A stretch of DNA of 64,000 nucleotides, from positions 18,228,001 to 18,292,000 of the forward strand of contig OZ059894.1 of NCBI GenBank assembly GCA_964057225.1, in the 5' to 3' direction. The notes under the pieces are model-generated. The model did no database searches and was not told the origin of the DNA. It worked only from the letters and a program-made list of their open reading frames with translations. Origin of the DNA: Auanema rhodensis. Taxonomy: Eukaryota > Animalia > Nematoda. The position numbers were made by a program, and so were the translations under genes. Shown piece by piece: positions 1-12,400 of the stretch (positions within the stretch are counted from its first letter, which is position 1; each line of letters begins with the position of its first letter).

Positions 1-176
1 CACGTAAATTTCAAAGTCATGGTTACCATGCGCCTATATCAATAAAAATTTGTTTTTAGTCTAATATGGCCATGGGGAATCTAATTATGAAAACCGCATC
101 TCTTTATCTTTCACGGAAAGCGAGTTACATACCATGTGCACATCACGTGTACATTTAATTAGCATAAATTAAAGTT
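1..176 (+). repeat. Representative full-length 176-bp monomer
   Basis: The next copy starts at 177. It contains 32 C + 27 G (33.5% GC) and 6 CpG, plus CATGGT-T-ACCATG (18-30), ATGGCCAT (66-73), ATGTGCACAT (134-143) and CACGTG (144-149). Confidence 0.97.
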
Positions 177-342
177 CACGTAAATTTCAAAGTCATGGTT
201 ACCATGCACCAGTATCAATGAAAATTTGTTTTTGGACTAATATGGCCATAGGGAATCTAATTTTGAAAACGGCATCTCTTCATCTTTGAGTTACATACCA
301 TGTGTACATCACGTGTACATTTAATTAGCATAAATTAAAGTT
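177..342 (+). repeat. Representative 166-bp deletion monomer (32 copies in window)
   Basis: Reads ATCTTT^GAGTTAC instead of ATCTTT-CACGGAAAGC-GAGTTAC. Copies start at 177, 519, 685, 1027, 2249, 4175, 6277, 8555, 10129, 12759, 14333, 17139, 19241, 23453, 31010, 38216, 41726, 42420, 42938, 45920, 46614, 47132, 47474, 48696, 49390, 49908, 50602, 51296, 51990, 54620, 58834, 61816. Confidence 0.95.
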
Positions 343-1720
343 CACGTAAATTTTAAAGTCATGGTTACCATGCACCAATATCCATAAAAATTTGTTTTTA
401 GACTAATATGGACATGGGGAATCTAATTTTGAAAACCGTATCTCTTTATCTTCAACGGGAAACGAGTTACATATCATGTGCACATCACGTGTACATTTAA
501 TTAGCATAAATTAAAGTTCACGTAAATTTCAAAGTCATGGTTACCATGCACCAGTATCAATGAAAATTTGTTTTTGGACTAATATGGCCATAGGGAATCT
601 AATTTTGAAAACGGCATCTCTTCATCTTTGAGTTACATACCATGTGTACATCACGTGTACATTTAATTAGCATAAATTAAAGTTCACGTAAATTTTAAAG
701 TCATGGTTACCATGCACCAATATCCATAAAAATTTGTTTTTAGACTAATATGGACATGGGGAATCTAATTTTGAAAACGGCATCTCTTCATCTTTGAGTT
801 ACATACCATGTGTACATCACGTGTACATTTAATTAGCATAAATTAAAGTTCACGTAAATTTCAAAGTCATGGTTACCATGCGCCTATATCAATAAAAATT
901 TGTTTTTAGTCTAATATGGCCATGGGGAATCTAATTATGAAAACCGCATCTCTTTATCTTTCACGGAAAGCGAGTTACATACCATGTGCACATCACGTGT
1001 ACATTTAATTAGCATAAATTAAAGTTCACGTAAATTTCAAAGTCATGGTTACCATGCACCAGTATCAATGAAAATTTGTTTTTGGACTAATATGGCCATA
1101 GGGAATCTAATTTTGAAAACGGCATCTCTTCATCTTTGAGTTACATACCATGTGTACATCACGTGTACATTTAATTAGCATAAATTAAAGTTCACGTAAA
1201 TTTTAAAGTCATGGTTACCATGCACCAATATCCATAAAAATTTGTTTTTAGACTAATATGGACATGGGGAATCTAATTTTGAAAACCGTATCTCTTTATC
1301 TTCAACGGGAAACGAGTTACATATCATGTGCACATCACGTGTACATTTAATTAGCATAAATTAAAGTTCACGTAAATTTCAAAATCATGGTTACCATGCA
1401 CCAGTATCAATGAAAATTGGTTTTTGGACTAATATGGCCATAGGGAATCTAATTTTGAAAACCCCATCTCTTTATCTTTTACAGAAAGCGAGTTACATAC
1501 CATGTGCACATCACGTGTACATTTAATTAGCATAAATTAAAGTTCACGTAAATTTCAAAGTCATGGTTACCATGCGCCTATATCAATAAAAATTTGTTTT
1601 TAGTCTAATATGGCCATGGGGAATCTAATTATGAAAACCGCATCTCTTTGTCTTTCACGGAAAGCGAGTTACATACCATGTGCACATCACGTGTACATTT
1701 AATTAGCATAAATTAAAGTT

Positions 1721-4700
1721 CACGTAAATTTCAAAGTCATGGTTACCATGCGCCTATATCAATAAAAATTTGTTTTCGGACTAATATGGCCATGGGGAAT
1801 CTAATTTTGAAAACCGCATCTCTTTATCTTTTACGGAAAGCAAGTTACATACCATGTGCCCATCACGTGTACATTTAATTAGCATAAATTAAAGTTCACG
1901 TAAATTTTAAAGTCATTGTTACCATGCACCAGTATCAATAAAAATTTGTTTTCGGACTAATATGGCCATGGGGAATCTAATTTTGAAAACCGCATCTCTT
2001 TATCTTTTACGGAAAGCGAGTTACATATCATGTGCACATCACGTGTACATTTAATTAGCATAAATTAAAGTTCACGTAAATTTCAAAGTCATGGTTACCA
2101 TGCGCCTATATCAATAAAAATTTGTTTTTAGTCTAATATGGCCATGGGGAATCTAATTATGAAAACCGCATCTCTTTATCTTTCACGGAAAGCGAGTTAC
2201 ATACCATGTGCACATCACGTGTACATTTAATTAGCATAAATTAAAGTTCACGTAAATTTCAAAGTCATGGTTACCATGCACCAGTATCAATGAAAATTTG
2301 TTTTTGGACTAATATGGCCATAGGGAATCTAATTTTGAAAACGGCATCTCTTCATCTTTGAGTTACATACCATGTGTACATCACGTGTACATTTAATTAG
2401 CATAAATTAAAGTTCACGTAAATTTTAAAGTCATGGTTACCATGCACCAATATCCATAAAAATTTGTTTTTAGACTAATATGGACATGGGGAATCTAATT
2501 TTGAAAACCGTATCTCTTTATCTTCAACGGGAAACGAGTTACATATCATGTGCACATCACGTGTACATTTAATTAGCATAAATTAAAGTTCACGTAAATT
2601 TCAAACTCATGGTTACCATGCACCAGTATCAATGAAAATTGGTTTTTGGACTAATATGGCCATAGGGAATCTAATTTTGAAAACCCCATCTCTTTATCTT
2701 TTACAGAAAGCGAGTTACATACCATGTGCACATCACGTGTACATTTAATTAGCATAAATTAAAGTTCACGTAAATTTTAAAGTCATGGTTACCATTCACC
2801 AATATCCATAAAAATTTGTTTTTAGACTAATATGGACATGGGGAATCTAATTTTGAAAACCGCATCTCTTTATCTTTAACGGGAAACGAGTTACATATCA
2901 TGTGTTGATCACGTGTACATTTGATTAGCATAAATTAAAGTTCACGTAAATTTCAAAGTCATGGTTACCATGCACCAATATCCATAAAAATTTGTTTTTA
3001 GTTTAATATGGCCATGGGGAATCTAATTTTGAAAACCGCATCTCTTTATCTTTTACGGAAAGCGAGTTACATACCATGTGCTCATCACGTGTACATTTAA
3101 TTAGCATAAATTAAAGTTCACGTAAATTTCAAAGTCATGGTTACCATGCACCAGTATAAATGAAAATTTGTTTTTGGACTAATATGGCCATAGGGAATCT
3201 AATTTTGAAAACCGCATCTCTTTATCTTTCACGGGAAGCGAGTTACATATCATGTGCACATCACGTGTACATTTAATTAGCATAAATTAAAGTTCACGTA
3301 AATTTCAAAGTCATGGTTACCATGCACCAATGTCCATAAAAATTTGTTTTTAGACTAATATGGACATGGGGAATCTAATTTTGAAAACCGCATCTCTTTA
3401 TCTTCAACGGGAAACGAGTTACATATCATGTGTACATCACGTGTACATTTAATTAGCATAAATTAAAGTTCACGTAAATTTCAAACTCATGGTTACCATG
3501 CACCAGTATCAATGAAAATTTGTTTTTGGACTAATATGGCCATAGGGAATCTAATTTTGAAAACCCCATCTCTTTATCTTTCACGGGAAGCGAGTTACAT
3601 ATCATGTGCACATCACGTGTACATTTAATTAGCATAAGTTGAAGTTCACGTAAATTTCAAAGTCATGGTTACCATGCGCCTATATCAATAAAAATTTGTT
3701 TTTAGTCTAATATGGCCATGGGGAATCTAATTTTGAAAACCGCATCTCTTTATCTTTTACGGAAAGCAAGTTACATACCATGTGCCCATCACGTGTACAT
3801 TTAATTAGCATAAATTAAAGTTCACGTAAATTTTAAAGTCATGGTTACCATGCACCAGTATCAATAAAAATTTGTTTTCGGACTAATATGGCCATGGGGA
3901 ATCTAATTTTGAAAACCGCATCTCTTTATCTTTTACGGAAAGCGAGTTACATATCATGTGCACATCACGTGTACATTTAATTAGCATAAATTAAAGTTCA
4001 CGTAAATTTCAAAGTCATGGTTACCATGCGCCTATATCAATAAAAATTTGTTTTTAGTCTAATATGGCCATGGGGAATCTAATTATGAAAACCGCATCTC
4101 TTTATCTTTCACGGAAAGCGACTTACATACCATGTGCACATCACGTGTACATTTAATTAGCATAAATTAAAGTTCACGTAAATTTCAAAGTCATGGTTAC
4201 CATGCACCAGTATCAATGAAAATTTGTTTTTGGACTAATATGGCCATAGGGAATCTAATTTTGAAAACGGCATCTCTTCATCTTTGAGTTACATACCATG
4301 TGTACATCACGTGTACATTTAATTAGCATAAATTAAAGTTCACGTAAATTTTAAAGTCATGGTTACCATGCACCAATATCCATAAAAATTTGTTTTTAGA
4401 CTAATATGGACATGGGGAATCTAATTTTGTAAACCGTATCTTTTTATCTTCAACGGGAAACGAGTTACATATCATGTGCACATCACGTGTACATTTAATT
4501 AGCATAAATTAAAGTTCACGTAAATTTCAAACTCATGGTTACCATGCACCAGTATCAATGAAAATTGGTTTTTGGATTAATATGGCCATAGGGAATCTAA
4601 TTTTGAAAACCCCATCTCTTTATCTTTTACAGAAAGCGAGTTACATACCATGTGCACATCACGTGTACATTTAATTAGCATAAATTAAAGTTCACGTAAA

Positions 4701-5572
4701 TTTTAAAGTCATGGTTACCATTCACCAATATCCATAAAAATTTGTTTTTAGACTAATATGGACATGGGGAATCTAATTTTGAAAACCGCATCTCTTTATC
4801 TTTAACGGAAAACGAGTTACATATCATGTGTTGATCACGTGTACATTTGATTAGCATAAATTAAAGTTCACGTAAATTTCAAAGTCATGGTTACCATGCA
4901 CCAATATCCATAAAAATTTGTTTTTAGTTTAATATGGCCATGGGGAATCTAATTTTGAAAACCGCATCTCTTTATCTTTTACGGAAAGCGAGTTACATAC
5001 CATGTGCACATCACGTGTACATTTAATTAGCATAAATTAAAGTTCACGTAAATTTCAAAGTCATGGTTACCATGCACCAGTATAAATGAAAATTTGTTTT
5101 TGGACTAATATGGCCATAGGGAATCTAATTTTGAAAACCGCATCTCTTTATCTTTCACGGGAAGCGAGTTACATATCATGTGCACATCACGTGTACATTT
5201 AATTAGCATAAATTAAAGTTCACGTAAATTTCAAAGTCATGGTTACCATGCACCAATGTCCATAAAAATTTGTTTTTAGACTAATATGGACATGGGGAAT
5301 CTAATTTTGAAAACCGCATCTCTTTATCTTCAACGGGAAACGAGTTACATATCATGTGTACATGACGTGTACATTTAATTAGCATAAATTAAAGTTCACG
5401 TAAATTTCAAACTCATGGTTACCATGCACCAGTATCAATGAAAATTTGTTTTTGGACTAATATGGCCATAGGGAATCTAATTTTGAAAACCCCATCTCTT
5501 TATCTTTCACGGGAAGCGAGTTACATATCATGTGCACATCACGTGTACATTTAATTAGCATAAGTTGAAGTT
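1721..5572 (+). repeat. 11-monomer higher-order repeat, 2 copies, period 1926 bp
   Basis: Variants recur in the same order at +1926 (10x176+166): deletion monomers 2249/4175, GTTGATC monomers 2767/4693, CATAAGTTGAAG monomers 3471/5397. Confidence 0.88.
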
Positions 5573-6442
5573 CACGTAAATTTCAAAGTCATGGTTACCA
5601 TGCGCCTATATCAATAAAAATTTGTTTTTAGTCTAATATGGCCATGGGGAATCTAATTATGAAAACCGCATCTCTTTATCTTTCACGGAAAGCGAGTTAC
5701 ATACCATGTGCACATCACGTCTACATTTAATTAGCATAAATTAAAGTTCACGTAAATTTCAAAGTCATGGTTACCATGCACAAGTATCAATAAAAATTTG
5801 TTTTCGGACTAATATGGCCATGGGGAATCTAATTTTGAAAACCGCATCTCTTTATCTTTTACGGAAAGCGAGTTACATACCATGTGCCCATCACGTGTAC
5901 ATTTAATTAGCATAAATTAAAGTTCACGTAAATTTCAAAGTCATGGTTACCATGCGCCTATATCAATAAAAATTTGTTTTTAGTCTAATATGGCCATGAA
6001 GAATCTAATTATGAAAACCGCATCTCTTTATCTTTTACGGAAAGCGAGTTACATACCATGTGCACATCACGTGTACATTTAATTAGCATAAATTAAAGTT
6101 CACGTAAATTTCAAAGTCATGGTTACCATGCGCCTATATCAATAAAAATTTGTTTTTAGTCTAATATGGCCATGGGGAATCTAATTATGAAAACCGCATC
6201 TCTCTATCTTTCACGGAAAGCGAGTTACATACCATGTGCACATCACGTGTACATTTAATTAGCATAAATTAAAGTTCACGTAAATTTCAAAGTCATGGTT
6301 ACCATGCACCAGTATCAATGAAAATTTGTTTTTGGACTAATATGGCCATAGGGAATCTAATTTTGAAAACGGCATCTCTTCATCTTTGAGTTACATACCA
6401 TGTGTACATCACGTGTACATTTAATTAGCATAAATTAAAGTT

Positions 6443-9400
6443 CACGTAAATTTTAAAGTCATGGTTACCATGCACCAGTATCAATAAAAATTTGTTTTCG
6501 GACTAATATGGCCATGGGGAATCTAATTTTGAAAACCGCATCTCTTTATCTTTTACGGAAAGCGAGTTACATATCATGTGCACATCACGTGTACATTTAA
6601 TTAGCATAAATTAAAGTTCACGTAAATTTCAAACTCATGGTTACCATGCACCAGTATCGATGAAAATTTGTTTTTGGACTAATATGGCCATAGGGAATCT
6701 AATTTTGAAAACCCCATCTCTTTATCTTTTACAGAAAGCGAGTTACATACCATGTGCACATCACGTGTACATTTAATTAGCATAAATTAAAGTTCACGTA
6801 AATTTCAAAGTCATGGTTACCATGCACCTATATCAATAAAAATTTGTTTTCAGTCTAATATGGAAATGGGGAATCTAATTTTGAAAACCGCATCTCTTCA
6901 TCTTTTACGGGAAGCGAGTTACATACCATGTGCACATCACGTATACTATTAATTAGCATAAATTAAAGTTCACGTAAATTTCAAAGTCATGGTTACCATG
7001 CACCAGTATAAATGAAAATTTGTTTTTGGACTAATATGGCCATAGGGAATCTAATTTTGAAAACCGCATCTCTTTATCTTTCACGGGAAGCGAGTTACAT
7101 ATCATGTGCACATCACGTGTACATTTGATTAGCATAAATTAAAGTTCACGTAAATTTCAAAGTCATGGTTACCATGCACCAATATCCATAAAAATTTGTT
7201 TTTAGTTCAATATGGCCATGGGGAATCTAATTTTGAAAACCGCATCTCTTTATCTTTTACGAAAAGCGAGTTACATACCATGTGCACATCACGTGTACAT
7301 TTAATTAGCATAAATTAAAGTTCACGTAAATTTCAAAGTCATGGTTACCATGCACCAGTATAAATGAAAATTTGTTTTTGGACTAATATGGCCATAGGGA
7401 ATCTAATTTTGAAAACCGCATCTCTTTATCTTTCACGGGAAGCGAGTTACATATCATGTGCACATCACGTGTACATTTAATTAGCATAAATTAAAGTTCA
7501 CGTAAATTTCAAAGTCATGGTTACCATTCACCAATGTCCATAAAAATTTGTTTTTAGACTAATATGGACATGGGGAATCTAATTTTGAAAACCGCATCTC
7601 TTTATCTTCAACGGGAAACGAGTTACATATCATGTGTACATCACGTGTACATTTAATTAGCATAAATTAAAGTTCACGTAAATTTCAAACTCATGGTTAC
7701 CATGCACCAGTATCAATGAAAATTTGTTTTTGGACTACTATGGCCATAGGGAATCTAATTTTGAAAACCCCATCTCTTTATCTTTCACGGGAAGCGAGTT
7801 ACATATCATGTGCACATCACGTGTACATTTAATTAGCATAAGTTAAAGTTCACGTAAATTTCAAAGTCATGGTTACCTTGCGCCTATATCAATAAAAATT
7901 TGTTTTTAGTCTAATATGGCCATGGGGAATCTAATTATGAAAACCGCATCTCTTTATCTTTCACGGAAAGCGAGTTACATACCATGTGCACATCACGTCT
8001 ACATTTAATTAGCATAAATTAAAGTTCACGTAAATTTCAAAGTCATGGTTACCATGCACAAGTATCAATAAAAATTTGTTTTCGGACTAATATGGCCATG
8101 GGGAATCTAATTTTGAAAACCGCATCTCTTTATCTTTTACGGAAAGCGAGTTACATACCATGTGCCCATCACGTGTACATTTAATTAGCATAAATTAAAG
8201 TTCACGTAAATTTCAAAGTCATGGTTACCATGCGCCTATATCAATAAAAATTTGTTTTTAGTCTAATATGGCCATGAAGAATCTAATTATGAAAACCGCA
8301 TCTCTTTATCTTTTACGGAAAGCGAGTTACATACCATGTGCACATCACGTGTACATTTAATTAGCATAAATTAAAGTTCACGTAAATTTCAAAGTCATGG
8401 TTACCATGCGGCTATATCAATAAAAATTTGTTTTTAGTCTAATATGGCCATGGGGAATCTAATTATGAAAACCGCATCTCTCTATCTTTCACGGAAAGCG
8501 AGTTACATACCATGTGCACATCACGTGTACATTTAATTAGCATAAATTAAAGTTCACGTAAATTTCAAAGTCATGGTTACCATGCACCAGTATCAATGAA
8601 AATTTGTTTTTGGACTAATATGGCCATAGGGAATCTAATTTTGAAAACGGCATCTCTTCATCTTTGAGTTACATACCATGTGTACATCACGTGTACATTT
8701 AATTAGCATGAATTAAAGTTCACGTAAATTTTAAAGTCATGGTTACCATGCACCAATATCCATAAAATGTTGTTTTTAGACTAATATGGACATGGGGAAT
8801 CTAATTATGAAAACCGCATCTCTTTATCTTTCACGGGAAGCGAGTTACATATCATGTGTACATCACGTGTACATTTAATTAGCATAAATTAAAGTTCACG
8901 TAAATTTCAAACTCATGGTTACCATGCACCAGTATCGATGAAAATTTGTTTTTGGACTAATATGGCCATAGGGAATCTAATTTTGAAAACCCCATCTCTT
9001 TATCTTTTACAGAAAGCGAGTTACATACCATGTGCACATCACGTGTACATTTAATTAGCATAAATTAAAGTTCACGTAAATTTCAAAGTCATGGTTACCA
9101 TGCACCTATATCAATAAAAATTTGTTTTCAGTCTAATATGGAAATGGGGAATCTAATTTTGAAAACCGCATCTCTTCATCTTTTACGGGAAGCGAGTTAC
9201 ATACCATGTGCACATCACGTGTACTATTAATTAGCATAAATTAAAGTTCACGTAAATTTCAAAGTCATGGTTACCATGCACCAGTATAAATGAAAATTTG
9301 TTTTTGGACTAATATGGCCATAGGGAATCTAATTTTGAAAACCGCATCTCTTTATCTTTCACGGGAAGCGAGTTACATATCATGTGCACATCACGTGTAC

Positions 9401-12400
9401 ATTTAATTAGCATAAATTAAAGTTCACGTAAATTTCAAAGTCATGGTTACCATGCACCAATATCCATAAAAATTTGTTTTGAGACTAATATGGACATGGG
9501 GAATCTAATTTTGAAAACCGCATCTCTTTATCTTCAACGGGAAACGAGTTACATATCATGTGTACATCACGTGTACATTTAATTAGCATAAATTAAAGTT
9601 CACGTAAATTTCAAACTCATGGTTACCATGCACCAGTATCAATGAAAATTTGTTTTTGGACTAATATGGCCATAGGGAATCTAATTTTGAAAACCCCATC
9701 TCTTTATCTTTTACAGAAAGCGAGTTACATACCATGTGCCCATCACGTGTACATTTAATTAGCATAAATTAAAGTTCACGTAAATTTCAAAGTCATGGTT
9801 ACCATGCGCCTATATCAATAAAAATTTGTTTTTAGTCTAATATGGCCATGAAGAATCTAATTATGAAAACCGCATCTCTTTATCTTTTACGGAAAGCGAG
9901 TTACATACCATGTGCACATCACGTGTACATTTAATTAGCATAAATTAAAGTTCACGTAAATTTCAAAGTCATGGTTACCATGCGGCTATATCAATAAAAA
10001 TTTGTTTTTAGTCTAATATGGCCATGGGGAATCTAATTATGAAAACCGCATCTCTCTATCTTTCACGGAAAGCGAGTTACATACCATGTGCACATCACGT
10101 GTACATTTAATTAGCATAAATTAAAGTTCACGTAAATTTCAAAGTCATGGTTACCATGCACCAGTATCAATGAAAATTTGTTTTTGGACTAATATGGCCA
10201 TAGGGAATCTAATTTTGAAAACGGCATCTCTTCATCTTTGAGTTACATACCATGTGTACATCACGTGTACATTTAATTAGCATGAATTAAAGTTCACGTA
10301 AATTTTAAAGTCATGGTTACCATGCACCAATATCCATAAAATGTTGTTTTTAGACTAATATGGACATGGGGAATCTAATTATGAAAACCGCATCTCTTTA
10401 TCTTTCACGGGAAGCGAGTTACATATCATGTGTACATCACGTGTACATTTAATTAGCATAAATTAAAGTTCACGTAAATTTCAAACTCATGGTTACCATG
10501 CACCAGTATCGATGAAAATTTGTTTTTGGACTAATATGGCCATAGGGAATCTAATTTTGAAAACCCCATCTCTTTATCTTTTACAGAAAGCGAGTTACAT
10601 ACCATGTGCACATCACGTGTACATTTAATTAGCATAAATTAAAGTTCACGTAAATTTTAAAGTCATGGTTACCATGCACCAGTATCAATAAAAATTTGTT
10701 TTCGGACTAATATGGCCATGGGGAATCTAATTTTGAAAACCGCATCTCTTTATCTTTTACGGAAAGCGAGTTACATATCATGTGCACATCACGTGTACAT
10801 TTAATTAGCATAAATTAAAGTTCACGTAAATTTCAAACTCATGGTTACCATGCACCAGTATCGATGAAAATTTGTTTTTGGACTAATATGGCCATAGGGA
10901 ATCTAATTTTGAAAACCCCATCTCTTTATCTTTTACAGAAAGCGAGTTACATACCATGTGCACATCACGTGTACATTTAATTAGCATAAATTAAAGTTCA
11001 CGTAAATTTCAAAGTCATGGTTACCATGCACCTATATCAATAAAAATTTGTTTTCAGTCTAATATGGAAATGGGGAATCTAATTTTGAAAACCGCATCTC
11101 TTCATCTTTTACGGGAAGCGAGTTACATACCATGTGCACATCACGTATACTATTAATTAGCATAAATTAAAGTTCACGTAAATTTCAAAGTCATGGTTAC
11201 CATGCACCAGTATAAATGAAAATTTGTTTTTGGACTAATATGGCCATAGGGAATCTAATTTTGAAAACCGCATCTCTTTATCTTTCACGGGAAGCGAGTT
11301 ACATATCATGTGCACATCACGTGTACATTTGATTAGCATAAATTAAAGTTCACGTAAATTTCAAAGTCATGGTTACCATGCACCAATATCCATAAAAATT
11401 TGTTTTTAGTTCAATATGGCCATGGGGAATCTAATTTTGAAAACCGCATCTCTTTATCTTTTACGAAAAGCGAGTTACATACCATGTGCACATCACGTGT
11501 ACATTTAATTAGCATAAATTAAAGTTCACGTAAATTTCAAAGTCATGGTTACCATGCACCAGTATAAATGAAAATTTGTTTTTGGACTAATATGGCCATA
11601 GGGAATCTAATTTTGAAAACCGCATCTCTTTATCTTTCACGGGAAGCGAGTTACATATCATGTGCACATCACGTGTACATTTAATTAGCATAAATTAAAG
11701 TTCACGTAAATTTCAAAGTCATGGTTACCATTCACCAATGTCCATAAAAATTTGTTTTTAGACTAATATGGACATGGGGAATCTAATTTTGAAAACCGCA
11801 TCTCTTTATCTTCAACGGGAAACGAGTTACATATCATGTGTACATCACGTGTACATTTAATTAGCATAAATTAAAGTTCACGTAAATTTCAAACTCATGG
11901 TTACCATGCACCAGTATCAATGAAAATTTGTTTTTGGACTACTATGGCCATAGGGAATCTAATTTTGAAAACCCCATCTCTTTATCTTTCACGGGAAGCG
12001 AGTTACATATCATGTGCACATCACGTGTACATTTAATTAGCATAAGTTAAAGTTCACGTAAATTTCAAAGTCATGGTTACCTTGCGCCTATATCAATAAA
12101 AATTTGTTTTTAGTCTAATATGGCCATGGGGAATCTAATTATGAAAACCGCATCTCGTTATCTTTCACGGAAAGCGAGTTACATACCATGTGCACATCAC
12201 GTCTACATTTAATTAGCATAAATTAAAGTTCACGTAAATTTCAAAGTCATGGTTACCATGCACAAGTATCAATAAAAATTTGTTTTCGGACTAATATGGC
12301 CATGGGGAATCTAATTTTGAAAACCGCATCTCTTTATCTTTTACGGAAAGCGAGTTACATACCATGTGCCCATCACGTGTACATTTAATTAGCATAAATT

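Noticed and set aside
18-34. RFX X-box (GTTACCATG...)
   Set aside because: Only one half-site matches GTNRCC-N0-3-RGYAAC. It is recorded as a dyad, not as a regulatory site.
1-176. Identity with known satellites of similar size (Brassica CentBr 176, Arabidopsis CEN178, primate alpha 171)
   Set aside because: Only the length agrees. I see no recognisable sequence similarity and no HindIII AAGCTT site. A database search is needed to assign the family.
141-342. CRISPR-like alternation of conserved and variable segments
   Set aside because: The variable segments are homologous to each other and differ only by SNPs, so they are not unique spacers. Lengths do not fit, and there is no leader or cas gene.
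440-465. Possible CENP-B box around TTCAACGGG / CACGGG
   Set aside because: Only CGGG matches. The TTCG-N4-A-N2-CGGG core is absent, including in the ATCGTTTACGGG variant near 47921 where the spacing is wrong.
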